In this document: positions 1 through 10,504 of the stretch, piece by piece
How positions within the stretch are numbered: position 1 is the first letter of the stretch
How the letters are laid out: the number at the start of each line of letters is the position of its first letter
From: a bacterium
GTDB taxonomy: Bacteria > Sysuimicrobiota > Sysuimicrobiia > Sysuimicrobiales > Humicultoraceae
Reading direction: 5' to 3'
DNA: 37,386 nucleotides
NCBI GenBank assembly: GCA_041497675.1
Contig: JBGQGY010000021.1
Coordinates: forward strand, 1-37,386
Made by a program: the position numbers and the translations under genes
The notes under the pieces: model-generated
Seen by the model: only the letters and a program-made list of their open reading frames with translations
Told to the model about the DNA's origin: nothing
Database searches by the model: none

Positions 1-975
1 CTTCTGGTACGCCGCCGTATGCGGCACGAGGGTCGGATAGTACACGCGGTTCCCGATGCCGTTCGCGGTGAGGTGTTTGGAGAGCTCGTCGCGTCTGCGC
101 CCGACGCGCACGGTGTATTGATGGTAGACGTGACGATACCCCGCGGGCTCAACCGGCGTCGACAGCCAGCGCAGGTCTGCGAGGCCCTTCGTAAGCCGGC
201 GGGCGTTCTCCCGTCGGTGCTCGTTGCGGCCCTCCAGGGCCCCGAGCTGCACCAGGCCGATCGCGCCGCACATCTCCAACATGCGGAAGTTGAACCCGAC
301 GACTTCGTACGCGTACTCCTCGTCGCCGCGCGGGTCGACGATGAGTCTGGCCCGCCTGGCGACATCCGCGTGGGGGGTCAACACCATCCCCCCCTCGCCG
401 GTCGTCAAGTTCTTCGTCGGGTAAAAGCTGAAGATGGCGGCGTCACCAAACGTCGCCACCTTGCGACCGCCGATGGCGGCCCCATGCGCCTGGGCGCAGT
501 CTTCGACCAACAGGACCCCGTAGCGGTCGGCGAGTCGCCGAAACCCCGCCATGTCGGCCGGCAAACCGTAGAGGTGCACCACGAGGATCGCGCGCACGCC
601 GCCTTCTCGGAGCACTGATTCGGTCGCGCCGGGATCGAGGTTGCCCGTGGCCGGGTCGACGTCGGCAAAGACGGGCTGCGCGCCCGCGTGAATCACGGCG
701 TTGCTGGATGCGGCGAACGTAAACGGGGTCGTCACCACGCGGTCGCCGGGACCGATCTCCAACGCCAGCATGGCGGCGTGCAGCGCGGTGCTACCCGACG
801 ACGTCGCCACCGCGTGGGCGACGCCGACGTAGTCGGCAAACGCGCGCTCGAATGCCGCGACCCGGCGGCCTGCTACGAGCGCGCCGGAATCGAGCACTTC
901 AAGGATCTGCCGTTTTTCTTCCTCGCCGATGAGCGGTCGTGCGATCGGAATCGCCGCCGCGGTCCGTAGGGTCAT
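1..975 (-). CDS. DegT/DnrJ/EryC1/StrS family PLP-dependent sugar aminotransferase (3' end runs off the window)
   Basis: Missing from the ORF track; translated by hand from ATG at 975: MTLRTAAAIPIARPLIGEEE...SSGSTALHAAMLALEIGPGDRVVTTPFTFAASSNA...SFYPTKNLTTGEGG (PLP lysine motif)...GIGNRVYYP at the window edge. GGGAG upstream. Confidence 0.93.
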   Translation of the reverse strand, partial: MTLRTAAAIPIARPLIGEEEKRQILEVLDSGALVAGRRVAAFERAFADYVGVAHAVATSSGSTALHAAMLALEIGPGDRVVTTPFTFAASSNAVIHAGAQPVFADVDPATGNLDPGATESVLREGGVRAILVVHLYGLPADMAGFRRLADRYGVLLVEDCAQAHGAAIGGRKVATFGDAAIFSFYPTKNLTTGEGGMVLTPHADVARRARLIVDPRGDEEYAYEVVGFNFRMLEMCGAIGLVQLGALEGRNEHRRENARRLTKGLADLRWLSTPVEPAGYRHVYHQYTVRVGRRRDELSKHLTANGIGNRVYYPTLVPHTAAYQK

Positions 976-1142
976 TCATCACTCCCGGAGCCCGGCCGTG
1001 TGGGGGTATCCCCTATATAGTGTCCAGAGAATCCTAGCAATTTTCTCGCCGCGGCGAGACTAACGGTGTCGAAGGCCAGAGACGGCCGGGGCGACGGGGC
1101 CACCAGGCGGCATGACGGTGGACGACGAGAGCCAGATGTGCA

Positions 1143-1601
1143 TCACGAACCCCCAGGTGTGGATGTAGGTGTCTCGAGTTGTCCTTTGAGCGCCCCCAGC
1201 ATGCTTTCGCAGTTCTTCCGCATCAAGACTTTCACGAGATTGCTCAACAGGGCGCCGGCCAACGGGATGTCGAGCTCGAACTCGACGTCAAGCGACGTCC
1301 GGGTGCCCTCGGGGATCGCCTCAAACCGCCATGAGCCTTGGTAGCGATTGAAGTCGCCCGACCGCTGCTTGAACACGCAGGCGTGGCGACCGTCGTCCCA
1401 CTCGTCTTCCTCCACCCATCGAATCTTGCGGCCCTGCACCACGCCGACCCACTGCGTGACGGTACCGGCGCCGTTGCGTTCCAGCACCTGGACGCTTTCG
1501 AGATCCGGCATGAACTCGGGGAAACGTTCGACATCCTTGGCGAGAGCGTATACGCGATCGAGCGGCGCGCGGATGACTATCGAAGCCTCAACCGTCGCCA
1601 C
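1143..1601 (-). CDS. SRPBCC/START-like (polyketide cyclase/Coq10-type) ligand-binding protein
   Basis: VEASIVIRAPLDRVYALAKDVERFPEFMP...GSWRFE pattern, 152 aa, GAGAGGGGG upstream of GTG. Confidence 0.85.
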   Translation of the reverse strand: MATVEASIVIRAPLDRVYALAKDVERFPEFMPDLESVQVLERNGAGTVTQWVGVVQGRKIRWVEEDEWDDGRHACVFKQRSGDFNRYQGSWRFEAIPEGTRTSLDVEFELDIPLAGALLSNLVKVLMRKNCESMLGALKGQLETPTSTPGGS

Positions 1602-1619
1602 GCACGCCCCCCTCTCGTC

Positions 1620-2489
1620 TCACAGTCCCGTTTGACTATACCCACCGTCATCAGGCCTGTCAACGAACGCCGCATCGGGCGCGGGCTCCGTGGATTCGGC
1701 GGTCCCCGGCGCCGCCAGGCGTCGAGCGGTCACCAGGAATCCGGTGTGCGCGACCATCCGGTGCGCTGGCCGGACGCTCAATCCCTCAATGTTCCAGGGA
1801 CGAACCATGGCTTCCACGGTCGAGATCAGCCCGAAGGCGCCGCTGGCACGCAGGGTCTCGACAGCCTGCTGAACTTGTACGATCGTGGGCAAGAAGGCCA
1901 GCAAGACACCCCCCGGACGGAGCGCCGCGATGGCCGGTCCCACCACGCGCCACGGTTCGGGGAGATCGAGCACGATGCGGTCGACCGGCGCATCGGGGAT
2001 CCCTGTCGACACGTCGTGACGGCGTAGCACGAGCGTGGGTGTCTCCCCAAGATAGCGGCTGATGTTGCGCGCCGCGATGTCCATAAACTCCTGACGCACA
2101 TCGTAGGAGAACACCCGACCCTCGACCCCGACGGCGCGGATCAGCGCCATCGTCAGGGCGCCCGACCCGGTACCGGCCTCGACAACGGTTGCCCCGGGAT
2201 AGATGTCGGCCAGCATCAGGATCAGGGCCAGATCCTTGGGATAGATAACCTGCGCCCCTCGCGGCATGCCGAGCACATAGTCCGCGAGGGTGGGACGCAC
2301 CGCCAGCAACCGATCACCCCGTGTCGTGCGGACCGAGATCCCCTCGGGCTGCCCAATCAGATCGTCGTGGGGTATCCGACCGCTGTGCAGGTCATAGAAC
2401 GCGCCGGGTTTGAGCCAGACGAGATAGAAGCGAGACTTGCGGTCGATGAGGAGGGCGGGTTCGCCGGCCGCGAACGGCCCGGCACGCAT
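1620..2489 (-). CDS. trmI: tRNA (adenine58-N1)-methyltransferase
   Basis: RPTLADYVLGMPRGAQVIYPKD, VVEAGTGSGAL, LDLPEPW, HRMVAHTGFL. Start moved to ATG 2489 because the longer ORF overlaps the upstream gene. Confidence 0.93.
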   Translation of the reverse strand: MRAGPFAAGEPALLIDRKSRFYLVWLKPGAFYDLHSGRIPHDDLIGQPEGISVRTTRGDRLLAVRPTLADYVLGMPRGAQVIYPKDLALILMLADIYPGATVVEAGTGSGALTMALIRAVGVEGRVFSYDVRQEFMDIAARNISRYLGETPTLVLRRHDVSTGIPDAPVDRIVLDLPEPWRVVGPAIAALRPGGVLLAFLPTIVQVQQAVETLRASGAFGLISTVEAMVRPWNIEGLSVRPAHRMVAHTGFLVTARRLAAPGTAESTEPAPDAAFVDRPDDGGYSQTGL

Positions 2490-2508
2490 CAGCGGGGGCA
2501 GCGGATCG

Positions 2509-2919
2509 TCACGCGGCCAACCCGCGAGGCCGGACGTTCTCGCGGACCCAGCGGACGATGTCTTCCAACGATGCGCCCGGGTTGAAGATCTTGCCGATCC
2601 CGGCAGCCCGGAGGCCGGGGACGTCTTCTTCCGGGATGATGCCGCCGCCAAACACCGGGATGTCGGCCACCCCCTTTTCGCGCAGCAGGTCGACCACGCG
2701 GGGGAACAGGACGTTGTGCGCGCCGGACAGGATCGACAGACCGATGGCGTCTACGTCTTCCTGGACCGCGGCGTTGACGATCATCTCGGGCGTCTGGTGG
2801 AGCCCGGTGTAGATGACCTCATTCCCCGCGTCGCGAAGCGCGCGCGCGACCACCTTGATGCCCCGGTCATGCCCGTCAAGACCGGGTTTCGCGAGCAGGA
2901 TGCGCAAGGCCCTCGCCAT
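2509..2919 (-). CDS. Cobalamin-binding small subunit of an acyl-CoA mutase (IcmB/MCM C-terminal domain type)
   Basis: [10 protein letters not shown] (DxHxxG), [15 protein letters not shown]. Confidence 0.95.
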   Translation of the reverse strand: MARALRILLAKPGLDGHDRGIKVVARALRDAGNEVIYTGLHQTPEMIVNAAVQEDVDAIGLSILSGAHNVLFPRVVDLLREKGVADIPVFGGGIIPEEDVPGLRAAGIGKIFNPGASLEDIVRWVRENVRPRGLAA

Positions 2920-2932
2920 CAGCTCGATAGTA

Positions 2933-4546
2933 TCAGATGATCGCAGGTTCGCGGTACTCGCCGTACACGTCCCGCAGCACCCCGCAGATCTCTCCCAGGG
3001 TCACGTAGGCTTTGACGCACTCCAGGATGGAGTCCATGGTGTTGCCCGAGCCTTCGGCCGCACCTCTCAGGACGTCCAGACAACGCCGGGCCCGCGCGGT
3101 GTCACGCTCGCCGCGTACCCGCTGCGTGCGTGCCACCTGCCGGCGCTCGACATCCGGATCGATGCGCAGGATCGGGATCGACCGCTCTTCGGGCACCGTG
3201 AACTGGTTGACGCCGACCACGATACGCTCCCCACGTTCGACCTGCTGCTGGTAGCGGAACGATGCCTCGGCGATCTCCCGCATCGGATAGCCCGACTCGA
3301 TGGCTGCGACCATGCCGCCAAGGTCATCGATCGCGCGGATGTACTCCCAGGCCGCCTCTTCGATCCGGTCGGTCATCGCCTCGACGAAGTACGATCCGCC
3401 GAGAGGATCGGCCGTGGACGCCACGCCGCTCTCGTAGGCAATAATCTGTTGCGTGCGCAATGCAACCGTGACCGCCTCTTCCGTCGGCAGCGCGTACGTC
3501 TCATCCATCGAATTGGTATGTAGGGACTGCGTCCCCCCGAGCACTGCGGCCAGCGCCTGCACGGCCACGCGCGCGATGTTGTTCAGCGGTTGCTGCGCGG
3601 TCAACGACACGCCGGCGGTCTGCGCGTGGGTGCGCAGCCACCACGACCGCGGGTTCTTCGCCTTGAAGCGTTCGCGCATGATGCGCGCCCACATGCGGCG
3701 GGCGGCCCGCAGCTTGGCGATCTCCTCAAAGAAATCGTTGTGCACATCGAAGAAAAATGAGAGCCGGGGCGCGAAGGCGTCGACATCGAGCCCGGCCTCC
3801 AACCCAGCCTGCACGTAGCCGATGCCGTCGGCGAGGGTGAAGGCCAGCTCTTGGACCGCCGTACTTCCGGCCTCGCGGATGTGGTACCCGCTGATGCTGA
3901 TCACGTTCCACTTCGGAAGGTGCCGCGTACCAAACACCAGCATGTCCTGGATCAGCCGCATGCTCGGCCTGGGCGGCACGATCCACTCCTTCTGGGCAAT
4001 GAACTCCTTCAACATGTCGGTTTGGGTCGTGCCGCCAATCCGGTCACGCGCCACGCCCTGCTGCTCGGCCACCGCGATGTACATGGCCAGCAAGACATTG
4101 GCCGGGGCGTTGATGGTCATCGACGTCGTGACACGATCGAGCGGGATCCCCTGGAAAAGCGCTTCCATGTCGGCCAGCGAATCAATCGCCACGCCCTCGC
4201 GCCCGACTTCCCCCAGCGCCCGGGGATGATCGGAGTCGTATCCCATGAGTGTTGGCATATCAAATGCTGCGGAGAGACCAGTCTGCCCGTGATCGAGCAG
4301 GTAACGGAACCGCTGGTTGGTGTCCTCCGCCGTCCCAAAACCCGCAAACTGGCGCATCGTCCACAGCCGGCCGCGATACATGTCGGCGTGAATGCCCCGC
4401 GTGAATGGGTACGCCCCTGGACGCCCGACGGTGTCCTCCGCCCGCTCTCCCCGCACGTCGCCGGGCGTGTAGACCTCGTTGATCGGAATCCCGGAGAGCG
4501 TCTCGGTGGGCAGCTTCATCAGCACGACTCCTCGTGGGTCGCTCAT
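2933..4546 (-). CDS. B12-dependent acyl-CoA mutase large subunit, probably isobutyryl-CoA mutase-like
   Basis: [48 protein letters not shown]. Start is ATG 4546 (ATGA overlap) or ATG 4519 (GAGGAG RBS). Confidence 0.92.
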   Translation of the reverse strand: MSDPRGVVLMKLPTETLSGIPINEVYTPGDVRGERAEDTVGRPGAYPFTRGIHADMYRGRLWTMRQFAGFGTAEDTNQRFRYLLDHGQTGLSAAFDMPTLMGYDSDHPRALGEVGREGVAIDSLADMEALFQGIPLDRVTTSMTINAPANVLLAMYIAVAEQQGVARDRIGGTTQTDMLKEFIAQKEWIVPPRPSMRLIQDMLVFGTRHLPKWNVISISGYHIREAGSTAVQELAFTLADGIGYVQAGLEAGLDVDAFAPRLSFFFDVHNDFFEEIAKLRAARRMWARIMRERFKAKNPRSWWLRTHAQTAGVSLTAQQPLNNIARVAVQALAAVLGGTQSLHTNSMDETYALPTEEAVTVALRTQQIIAYESGVASTADPLGGSYFVEAMTDRIEEAAWEYIRAIDDLGGMVAAIESGYPMREIAEASFRYQQQVERGERIVVGVNQFTVPEERSIPILRIDPDVERRQVARTQRVRGERDTARARRCLDVLRGAAEGSGNTMDSILECVKAYVTLGEICGVLRDVYGEYREPAII

Positions 4547-6528
4547 GACCCCGGGTTCCGCAGGCTTTCTCCCAACAACTCGACGATGTCCTTCGGCCTG
4601 GCGGCGGCGCCCCGCGCGGCCGCGCCGTCTTCGAGCATCAACATACAGAACGGACACGCGGTCGCCACGATCTCGGCGCCGGTTGCGGCCACATGATCGG
4701 TCCGCACGTGGTTGACTCGCTGCCCGATGCGGTCCTCCGTCCAGTATAGGCCGCCGCCGGCCCCGCAGCAGAAGCCCTTCTCCCGACATTGGGCCATCTC
4801 CACCGTGCGGGCCCCCGGGATCGCCGCGAGCACCCGGCGGGGGGCATCGTACTCACTATTATGTCTACCCAGATAGCAGGGATCGTGGAACGTGATCGTC
4901 TTTGTCACCGGGTCGGACGGAGAGAGACGCCTCTCATCCAGCAATTGGGCGAGCAACTGGGTATGGTGCCAGACCTCAAAGCGACCGCCGAGCTGAGGGT
5001 ATTCGTTCTTGAACGTATTATAACAATGCGGGCAGACCGTCAGGATCTTCGTCACGCCGTACCGGTTGAACGCCTCGATGTTTCGCCGCGCGAGCGTCTG
5101 GAACAGATACTCATTGCCCATACGCCGGGCGGGATCACCCGTGCACCCTTCCTCGTCGCCCAGAATCGCCACATCGACGCCGGCCTGGTCGAGCACACGT
5201 ACGAGGGCGCGCATCGGTGCGTGGTTTCGTTCGTTGAGCGCCGACGCGCACCCGACCCACAGCAGCCATTCGGCCCGATCACCCTTTGGGAGCATCTTCA
5301 CCTGCACCCCGGCGGTCCACGCGGTGCGCGCGATGCCGGCGCCGCGGAACGGGTGTCCGCGCGCCTCGAGGCTGCGCAGCGCCTCGGCCATAGACTCTGG
5401 GACGCGGGCCTCTTCCATGGTCAGGTGACGGCGCATCTCGACGATCTTGTCGATGTGATCGTTGGCCGCCGGACATTCCTCGACGCAGGCGCCGCACGTG
5501 AGACACTGCCACAGGAAGTCTTCCGAGAACACGCCGCCAACGAGCGCCGGCTCGTCGGCTGGCGGCTGCTGATTCGCCAGCAGCGCGGGCCCGACGTGGG
5601 CCAGATGTTTGCGCAGATCGGTGTGCAGCCGCCGCGGGTCGAGTTCCTTGCCGGTGATGTTGGCCGGACAGACCTCAACGCACCGGCCGCATTCCATGCA
5701 CGCAACCGCGTCCAGATGGTCTTTCCACGTCAGGTGCTCGACCCGCGACGCGCCCAGGTGCTCGGCGTTCTCGATGTCGATGAGCGCCAAGGCCCCCCTG
5801 GGGCGCGCCTTGCGGAAGAAGATGTTCGGCACGAGGGTGATCAGGTGCAGATGCTTGCCTTCCGGGATCCAGGTCAGAAATGTGCAAATGATGAGCAGGT
5901 GCCCCCACCACGAGGCTTCGAAGACGGCGCGGAGTGCGTAGGGTGGTGCCTGCGCCAGCCACCCCGCGATCGTGTGTGAGAGCACCGCCCCCGGCGCCGA
6001 GACCGCCTCGTGCTCGATCGCAACCTGCGCGGCCCGCGACAGCAGTAGGGTGATCATGATCCCCGAGATGAAGCCGAGGATCGCGTAGGCGCCGCGCTGG
6101 TCCTGACCGAGGAGCCGCTTTGGCGGATTCACCCGCCGCATGTAGAGTGCCATCGCGACGCCGAGCAGCACGACCGCGATAAACACGTCCTGGACCAGGG
6201 CCAGCCCGGGAGCGCGACCGATCAGGGGCAACGTCCATCCCGGGCGAAACGCCTCACCGACCGCCTGGACGATGGTTGTGAGCAGGACGAGAAAACCCCA
6301 GAAGATGAACAGATGCAACACACCTGCCCAGGGCCGCCGCAGCACCTTTTGGTGACCGAGAACCTGCAGGATCAGATCCTGTAGACGAACGGGCAGCGGG
6401 GCCAGCGGTACCGGGCCGGTCCCAAGACGGATGAGGCGGTAGATGAGGAAGATCTTCCGAGCAAAGATTGACACGGCTGCAAGGAGCAGCGGCACCACCA
6501 CGAGGGCACGCCACCAGGTCACCGGCAC
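4543..6528 (-). CDS. Membrane-bound Fe-S oxidoreductase, FadF/HdrD-like (ETF:quinone oxidoreductase candidate)
   Basis: N-terminal TM helices with His residues ([16 protein letters not shown]), two CxxCxxCxxxCP motifs, CCG-domain motifs ([23 protein letters not shown]); next to etfAB. Confidence 0.88.
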   Translation of the reverse strand: MPVTWWRALVVVPLLLAAVSIFARKIFLIYRLIRLGTGPVPLAPLPVRLQDLILQVLGHQKVLRRPWAGVLHLFIFWGFLVLLTTIVQAVGEAFRPGWTLPLIGRAPGLALVQDVFIAVVLLGVAMALYMRRVNPPKRLLGQDQRGAYAILGFISGIMITLLLSRAAQVAIEHEAVSAPGAVLSHTIAGWLAQAPPYALRAVFEASWWGHLLIICTFLTWIPEGKHLHLITLVPNIFFRKARPRGALALIDIENAEHLGASRVEHLTWKDHLDAVACMECGRCVEVCPANITGKELDPRRLHTDLRKHLAHVGPALLANQQPPADEPALVGGVFSEDFLWQCLTCGACVEECPAANDHIDKIVEMRRHLTMEEARVPESMAEALRSLEARGHPFRGAGIARTAWTAGVQVKMLPKGDRAEWLLWVGCASALNERNHAPMRALVRVLDQAGVDVAILGDEEGCTGDPARRMGNEYLFQTLARRNIEAFNRYGVTKILTVCPHCYNTFKNEYPQLGGRFEVWHHTQLLAQLLDERRLSPSDPVTKTITFHDPCYLGRHNSEYDAPRRVLAAIPGARTVEMAQCREKGFCCGAGGGLYWTEDRIGQRVNHVRTDHVAATGAEIVATACPFCMLMLEDGAAARGAAARPKDIVELLGESLRNPGS

Positions 6529-6530
6529 GG

Positions 6531-7514
6531 CTAGCCGCCTTTGAGTTCCTTGACCTTTCGGATCAACGGCGGGATGACCTCGCGGTAGTCGCCGACGATG
6601 CCCAGGTGGGCCAAGCCAAAGATCGGGGCCTCAGCATCCTTGTTGATGGCGACAATCGTGCGTGAGCCGGCCATGCCGGCCACGTGCTGGGTCGCGCCGG
6701 AGATGCCGACCGCGATATACAGGGAGGGTCGGATGGTCTTGCCGGTCTGGCCGATCTGCCAGTTCACCGGCACCCACCCGGCGTCGGCCGGCGGGCGCGA
6801 CGACCCGACGGCGCCCCCAAGCACCTTGGCCAACTCCTCGAGCAACTTGAACCCCTCAGGACCACCGAGCCCGCGCCCGCCGCTGATCACAATCTCGGCG
6901 TCGTCGAGACTCAGTTCAGCCTGCTCGCGCCGGATCTCGCGGACGCGCGTCGGCAGGGCGCTGGTGTCGATCGTGACCGGAACGTCCTGGACGCGCCCCG
7001 CGACGGGCGCCGGCGCCGCGGCATCGAGCGACCGCGGCTTGATCGACAAGACCGCGGGCCACCGCGTGACCACCAGCGCCGCGGCGGCGCGGCCACCGTA
7101 CGCCTGGCGCACCGCGACGACGTGACCGCTCTCGGGCGCCACCGACACGCACTCGGTCACCAGCGCGGCGCCCATCCGATGCGCCAGGCGGACGGCCACA
7201 TCGCGCCCCACCGTATCGGCGCCGACCAACACGATCTGCGGAGTCGCAGCGCGTACCGATGCCTCCGCGGCAGCGAGGAAGGCGTCGGTCTCTCCCGGTT
7301 CGAGCGAGGGATGGTCGACCCGGTAGATCGTCCCGACGCCGTGCTCGTGCAGCGTCGCGGCCGCGCTGCCCTGCGACGTGCCGCGCCCCAGCAACGCGGC
7401 GGCCACGCCGAGATTGAGGGTTCCGTCAAGCAGCCGCGCGCCCCCGACCAGTTCAAGACTCGACCGGCCGGCTGTGCCGTCGGTCGAAAGCGCGATCACC
7501 AGAATGCCAGGCAT
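6531..7514 (-). CDS. etfA: Electron transfer flavoprotein alpha subunit
   Basis: [36 protein letters not shown]. Confidence 0.96.
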   Translation of the reverse strand: MPGILVIALSTDGTAGRSSLELVGGARLLDGTLNLGVAAALLGRGTSQGSAAATLHEHGVGTIYRVDHPSLEPGETDAFLAAAEASVRAATPQIVLVGADTVGRDVAVRLAHRMGAALVTECVSVAPESGHVVAVRQAYGGRAAAALVVTRWPAVLSIKPRSLDAAAPAPVAGRVQDVPVTIDTSALPTRVREIRREQAELSLDDAEIVISGGRGLGGPEGFKLLEELAKVLGGAVGSSRPPADAGWVPVNWQIGQTGKTIRPSLYIAVGISGATQHVAGMAGSRTIVAINKDAEAPIFGLAHLGIVGDYREVIPPLIRKVKELKGG

Positions 7515-7530
7515 CAGCGGGTCCCTCGGC

Positions 7531-8328
7531 TCACAACAGTTTCAACTCGCGAAGCCGCGCCGCGAGCGCGGCGGCCTGCCCATCGGGCTCACCCACCAGG
7601 AATTCGCACCTGGCCGTGCGCTGCGGGATGGACACGTCGCGAACCGCGACGCCGGCAGCCGTTGGCGCCGCGGATGCGTCCGGGCCGAGATCCGCAACCG
7701 GCCAGGTGCGCACCGGTTTGCGCTTGGCCGTGACGATGTCCTTGACCTTGGGCAGCCGCGGCCGATTCGCTTCGTCGCTGGTGATCGACAGCACCGCGGG
7801 CAGCCGGACGTCGAGGACATGGTATCCCTCGTCAGCCTGTCGGTGTACGACCAGCCCTTGACCGGCGGGTTCGACACGACCGGCAAACGTCACGCACGCC
7901 GCGCCCAGTTCCTCGGCCAGCAGCGGCGCCACCACCCGCTCGACCCAGTCGGCCGATTCGCAGCCCGCCAGCACGAGGTCGTACCGTCCGATCTTACGGA
8001 TCGCCGCTGCCAGGAGCCGGGCCTTCACCGGTCCGGAGAGGTTTGGGCTGTTGGGATCGTCGACCACGACAGCCTCGTCCGCCCCCATCGCCAGCGCCAG
8101 ACGCACGGAGTCGCCGACCGTCGCCTGCGGGGCGATCGTCAACGCCGTCACTTTCGAACCGGTCTTGTCTTTGATGTGCAGCGCGACCTCAAGCGCGTTT
8201 TCATCGTATGTCGACAGCACCAGCGGTCGGCCCTCGCGGACCTGCCGGTGCGTGGCTGGGTCGATCGCAAAATCCCGCACCGGGAGTTCGGGATCGACGA
8301 CCTGTTTGAGACAGACGATGATCTCCAT
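7531..8328 (-). CDS. etfB: Electron transfer flavoprotein beta subunit
   Basis: IIVCLKQVVDP, DENALEVAL, ALAMGADEAV, NRPRLP. Confidence 0.95.
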   Translation of the reverse strand: MEIIVCLKQVVDPELPVRDFAIDPATHRQVREGRPLVLSTYDENALEVALHIKDKTGSKVTALTIAPQATVGDSVRLALAMGADEAVVVDDPNSPNLSGPVKARLLAAAIRKIGRYDLVLAGCESADWVERVVAPLLAEELGAACVTFAGRVEPAGQGLVVHRQADEGYHVLDVRLPAVLSITSDEANRPRLPKVKDIVTAKRKPVRTWPVADLGPDASAAPTAAGVAVRDVSIPQRTARCEFLVGEPDGQAAALAARLRELKLL

Positions 8329-8353
8329 GCAGCCTCCGTGGCCAGGGTTCCCG

Positions 8354-9499
8354 TCAGCCCGTCGCCAGGAGCTGGCGCGCGATCACCATGCGCTGGACCT
8401 CCGAGGTCCCCTCATAGATCTCGGTGATCTTCGCGTCGCGGAAGTACCGCTCGACGGGGTAGTCCTGAATGTAGCCGTAGCCGCCAAACAACTGGACCGC
8501 CTTGTGGGCCGCAAACATCGCCGTCTCCGACGCGGACAGCTTGGCCATCGCGGCTTCGCGGGTGCACGGCTTGCCCTGGTCCAGCAGCGCAGCGGCGCGA
8601 TAGGTGAGCAGACGCGCGGCGTCCAAACGGGTCGCGATGTCCGCGATCGCCCACTGCACCGCCTGGAACTGCGCGATGGGCCGGCCAAACTGCTGACGCT
8701 GGAGCACGTGGGCCCGGGACTCCTCCAGACACGCGCGCGCGATCCCCAGCGACTGAGCCGCGATGCCGATGCGACCGCCCTCAAGAGACGACAAGGCGAT
8801 CCGCCCGCCCTGGCCTCGGTCACCAAGCAGATTGCCGGCGGGTACCCGGCAGCCTTCCAACACGATCTCCGCCGTCGATGAGCACTTGATGCCGAGTTTC
8901 TTTTCGATCTTGCCGACCTTGATGCCGGGGAACGATTTCTCCACGATGAACGCGGACACGCCGCGGGCCCCGGCTGTGGGTTCGGTGCGGGCGTACACGA
9001 TGCAGACATCGGCTTCGACGCCGTTCGTCACGAAGGCTTTTGTTCCCCACAGGATCCACTCACCGTTCTTCAACGTCGCAGTCGTGCGCAGGGACATGGC
9101 GTCAGAACCCGACGTGGGCTCGGTGAGACAGTAGCATCCGAGTCGTGTGCCCGTCGCCAGGTCGCGCAGGTAACGGCCCTTCTGCTCCTCAGTACCCCAC
9201 TTCAAGATGGGCGTACAGACCAAGGCGTTGTTGACGGTCACGATGGTCTGGAATCCCGCCGACACTCGGGCGAGTTCTTCCTGGGCGATCACGTTGGCGA
9301 TCTGATCCATCCCCGCGCCGCCGTACGCCTCGGGCACCGTCAGACCCAATAGTCCCAGTTCCGCAGCCTTCGCGACGATCTCGGCGGGATATCTGGGGTT
9401 GTGATCAAGATCGGCGGCGACCGGCAGGAGTTCGCGCGCTGCGAACTCTCGGACCGTGCCCTGGATCAAACGGTGTTCGTCGCTGAGGCGAATAATCAT
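8354..9499 (-). CDS. Acyl-CoA dehydrogenase (short/branched-chain, butyryl-CoA DH-like)
   Basis: CLTEPTSGSD, GTKAFVTNG, GRIGIAAQSLG, RQQFG, GGYGY, RDAKITEIYEGTSEVQ. Confidence 0.96.
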   Translation of the reverse strand: MIIRLSDEHRLIQGTVREFAARELLPVAADLDHNPRYPAEIVAKAAELGLLGLTVPEAYGGAGMDQIANVIAQEELARVSAGFQTIVTVNNALVCTPILKWGTEEQKGRYLRDLATGTRLGCYCLTEPTSGSDAMSLRTTATLKNGEWILWGTKAFVTNGVEADVCIVYARTEPTAGARGVSAFIVEKSFPGIKVGKIEKKLGIKCSSTAEIVLEGCRVPAGNLLGDRGQGGRIALSSLEGGRIGIAAQSLGIARACLEESRAHVLQRQQFGRPIAQFQAVQWAIADIATRLDAARLLTYRAAALLDQGKPCTREAAMAKLSASETAMFAAHKAVQLFGGYGYIQDYPVERYFRDAKITEIYEGTSEVQRMVIARQLLATG

Positions 9500-9512
9500 G
9501 CGTAATAGCAGC

Positions 9513-9540
9513 CTTCTGGGATTGCCGGAGTCAATCCTCT
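9513..9540 (-). promoter_or_regulatory. Candidate SigH-like promoter with an embedded inverted repeat, upstream of the acyl-CoA dehydrogenase operon
   Basis: Minus strand AGAGGA-ttgactccggcaatccca(18)-GAAG; contains GGATTG-N7-CAATCC and a TTGACT hexamer. Confidence 0.35.
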
Positions 9541-9607
9541 TCCGCAGTCGGTCCGCCCCGGCAGGGGCAGGAGTGCGGCGCGGGGTTGGTGTAGAGGACT
9601 GGCGCCC

Positions 9608-10504
9608 GTGACGGAGACGATTGTCGTCCTTGTCGTTTTAGCCGCCGCGATGACCGCTGCGCTGGTGCTGCGCACCTACCATCGGTTCATGCGCGCGCGC
9701 GACCGGCTTGTGACGCACGTGCGCACGACCGCGCCTGACATTGCCGTGCGACACCCGACTGACACCGGGTTCGTTGCCGACGTGTTGGGTGCTGGGGTGG
9801 ACGTCGACTTGGCCAGCCTGCTGCGTGTCCGGCCGGCCGGAGTGCCAGAGGCCGAGTGGTTCGATCAGATCATCGATCGCATCCGGGCCCAGGTACCGGC
9901 GCCGCGCCCGGCGCCGTTCGCCCTGGTCCAGGACCGGATCATGCCCCTCCTGAGACCCATGACGTACATCGCGCTCTTCGAACGCTACCCTCCCGCCCTG
10001 CGTTTAGCCTGGCGGTCCTTCGCCGAGGACGTGGCCGTGACGTACGCGATCACCGCCGTGGATCAGAGGACGATTGTCACACGTGGCATGCTCGAGGCGT
10101 GGGCACAGAGCGTAGACACCCTCCACACCCTGGCCGTGCAGAACCTCCGACGACAGACTGCGCACGTCCTCGAAGAAATCGGCGGCAGGCGGTTGCGCTA
10201 CGAGCACCTCGATGGGTTCGACGCGACCAGAATCCTGGTCGCGGATCTGATCGTGCCACAGGGGCTTCAAGATCCTCTGGTGGCGATCCCCGAGGAAACA
10301 GTCCTGCTTGTGGCCCCCGCGTCGCAGCGAGACTCGCTGCAGGCAGAGGCCACGAGCCGTCACGCCGCGTCGACACGGCCGCTGACGCCAACGCTCTTTC
10401 GTCTCAGCGATTGGACACAGGGGACCGATCGCCGGGTCACGAATGCGGCTGAGGCCCCTGGGTGGGGCGGCGGATCCACCGGCGAGAGGAGCACGGGACG
10501 ATGA
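9608..10504 (+). CDS. Membrane-anchored hypothetical protein, possibly DUF1444-like
   Basis: GAGG RBS, N-terminal hydrophobic helix; RIMPLLRP...VAVTYAI...MLEAW...LHTLAVQNL resembles DUF1444 by eye only. Confidence 0.6.
   Translation: MTETIVVLVVLAAAMTAALVLRTYHRFMRARDRLVTHVRTTAPDIAVRHPTDTGFVADVLGAGVDVDLASLLRVRPAGVPEAEWFDQIIDRIRAQVPAPRPAPFALVQDRIMPLLRPMTYIALFERYPPALRLAWRSFAEDVAVTYAITAVDQRTIVTRGMLEAWAQSVDTLHTLAVQNLRRQTAHVLEEIGGRRLRYEHLDGFDATRILVADLIVPQGLQDPLVAIPEETVLLVAPASQRDSLQAEATSRHAASTRPLTPTLFRLSDWTQGTDRRVTNAAEAPGWGGGSTGERSTGR

Noticed and set aside
19..969. Plus-strand ORFs 19-618 and 688-969
   Set aside because: Antisense shadows of the DegT aminotransferase that the ORF track missed because it is truncated by the window edge.
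1008..1025. NrdR box-like CCCCTATATAGTGT
   Set aside because: Single imperfect copy and the downstream gene is not a ribonucleotide reductase; simpler as a -10 region.
9567..9598. SigH-like promoter before the 9608 operon (GCAGGA...)
   Set aside because: No GAAT/GAAG at 17-18 nt spacing.
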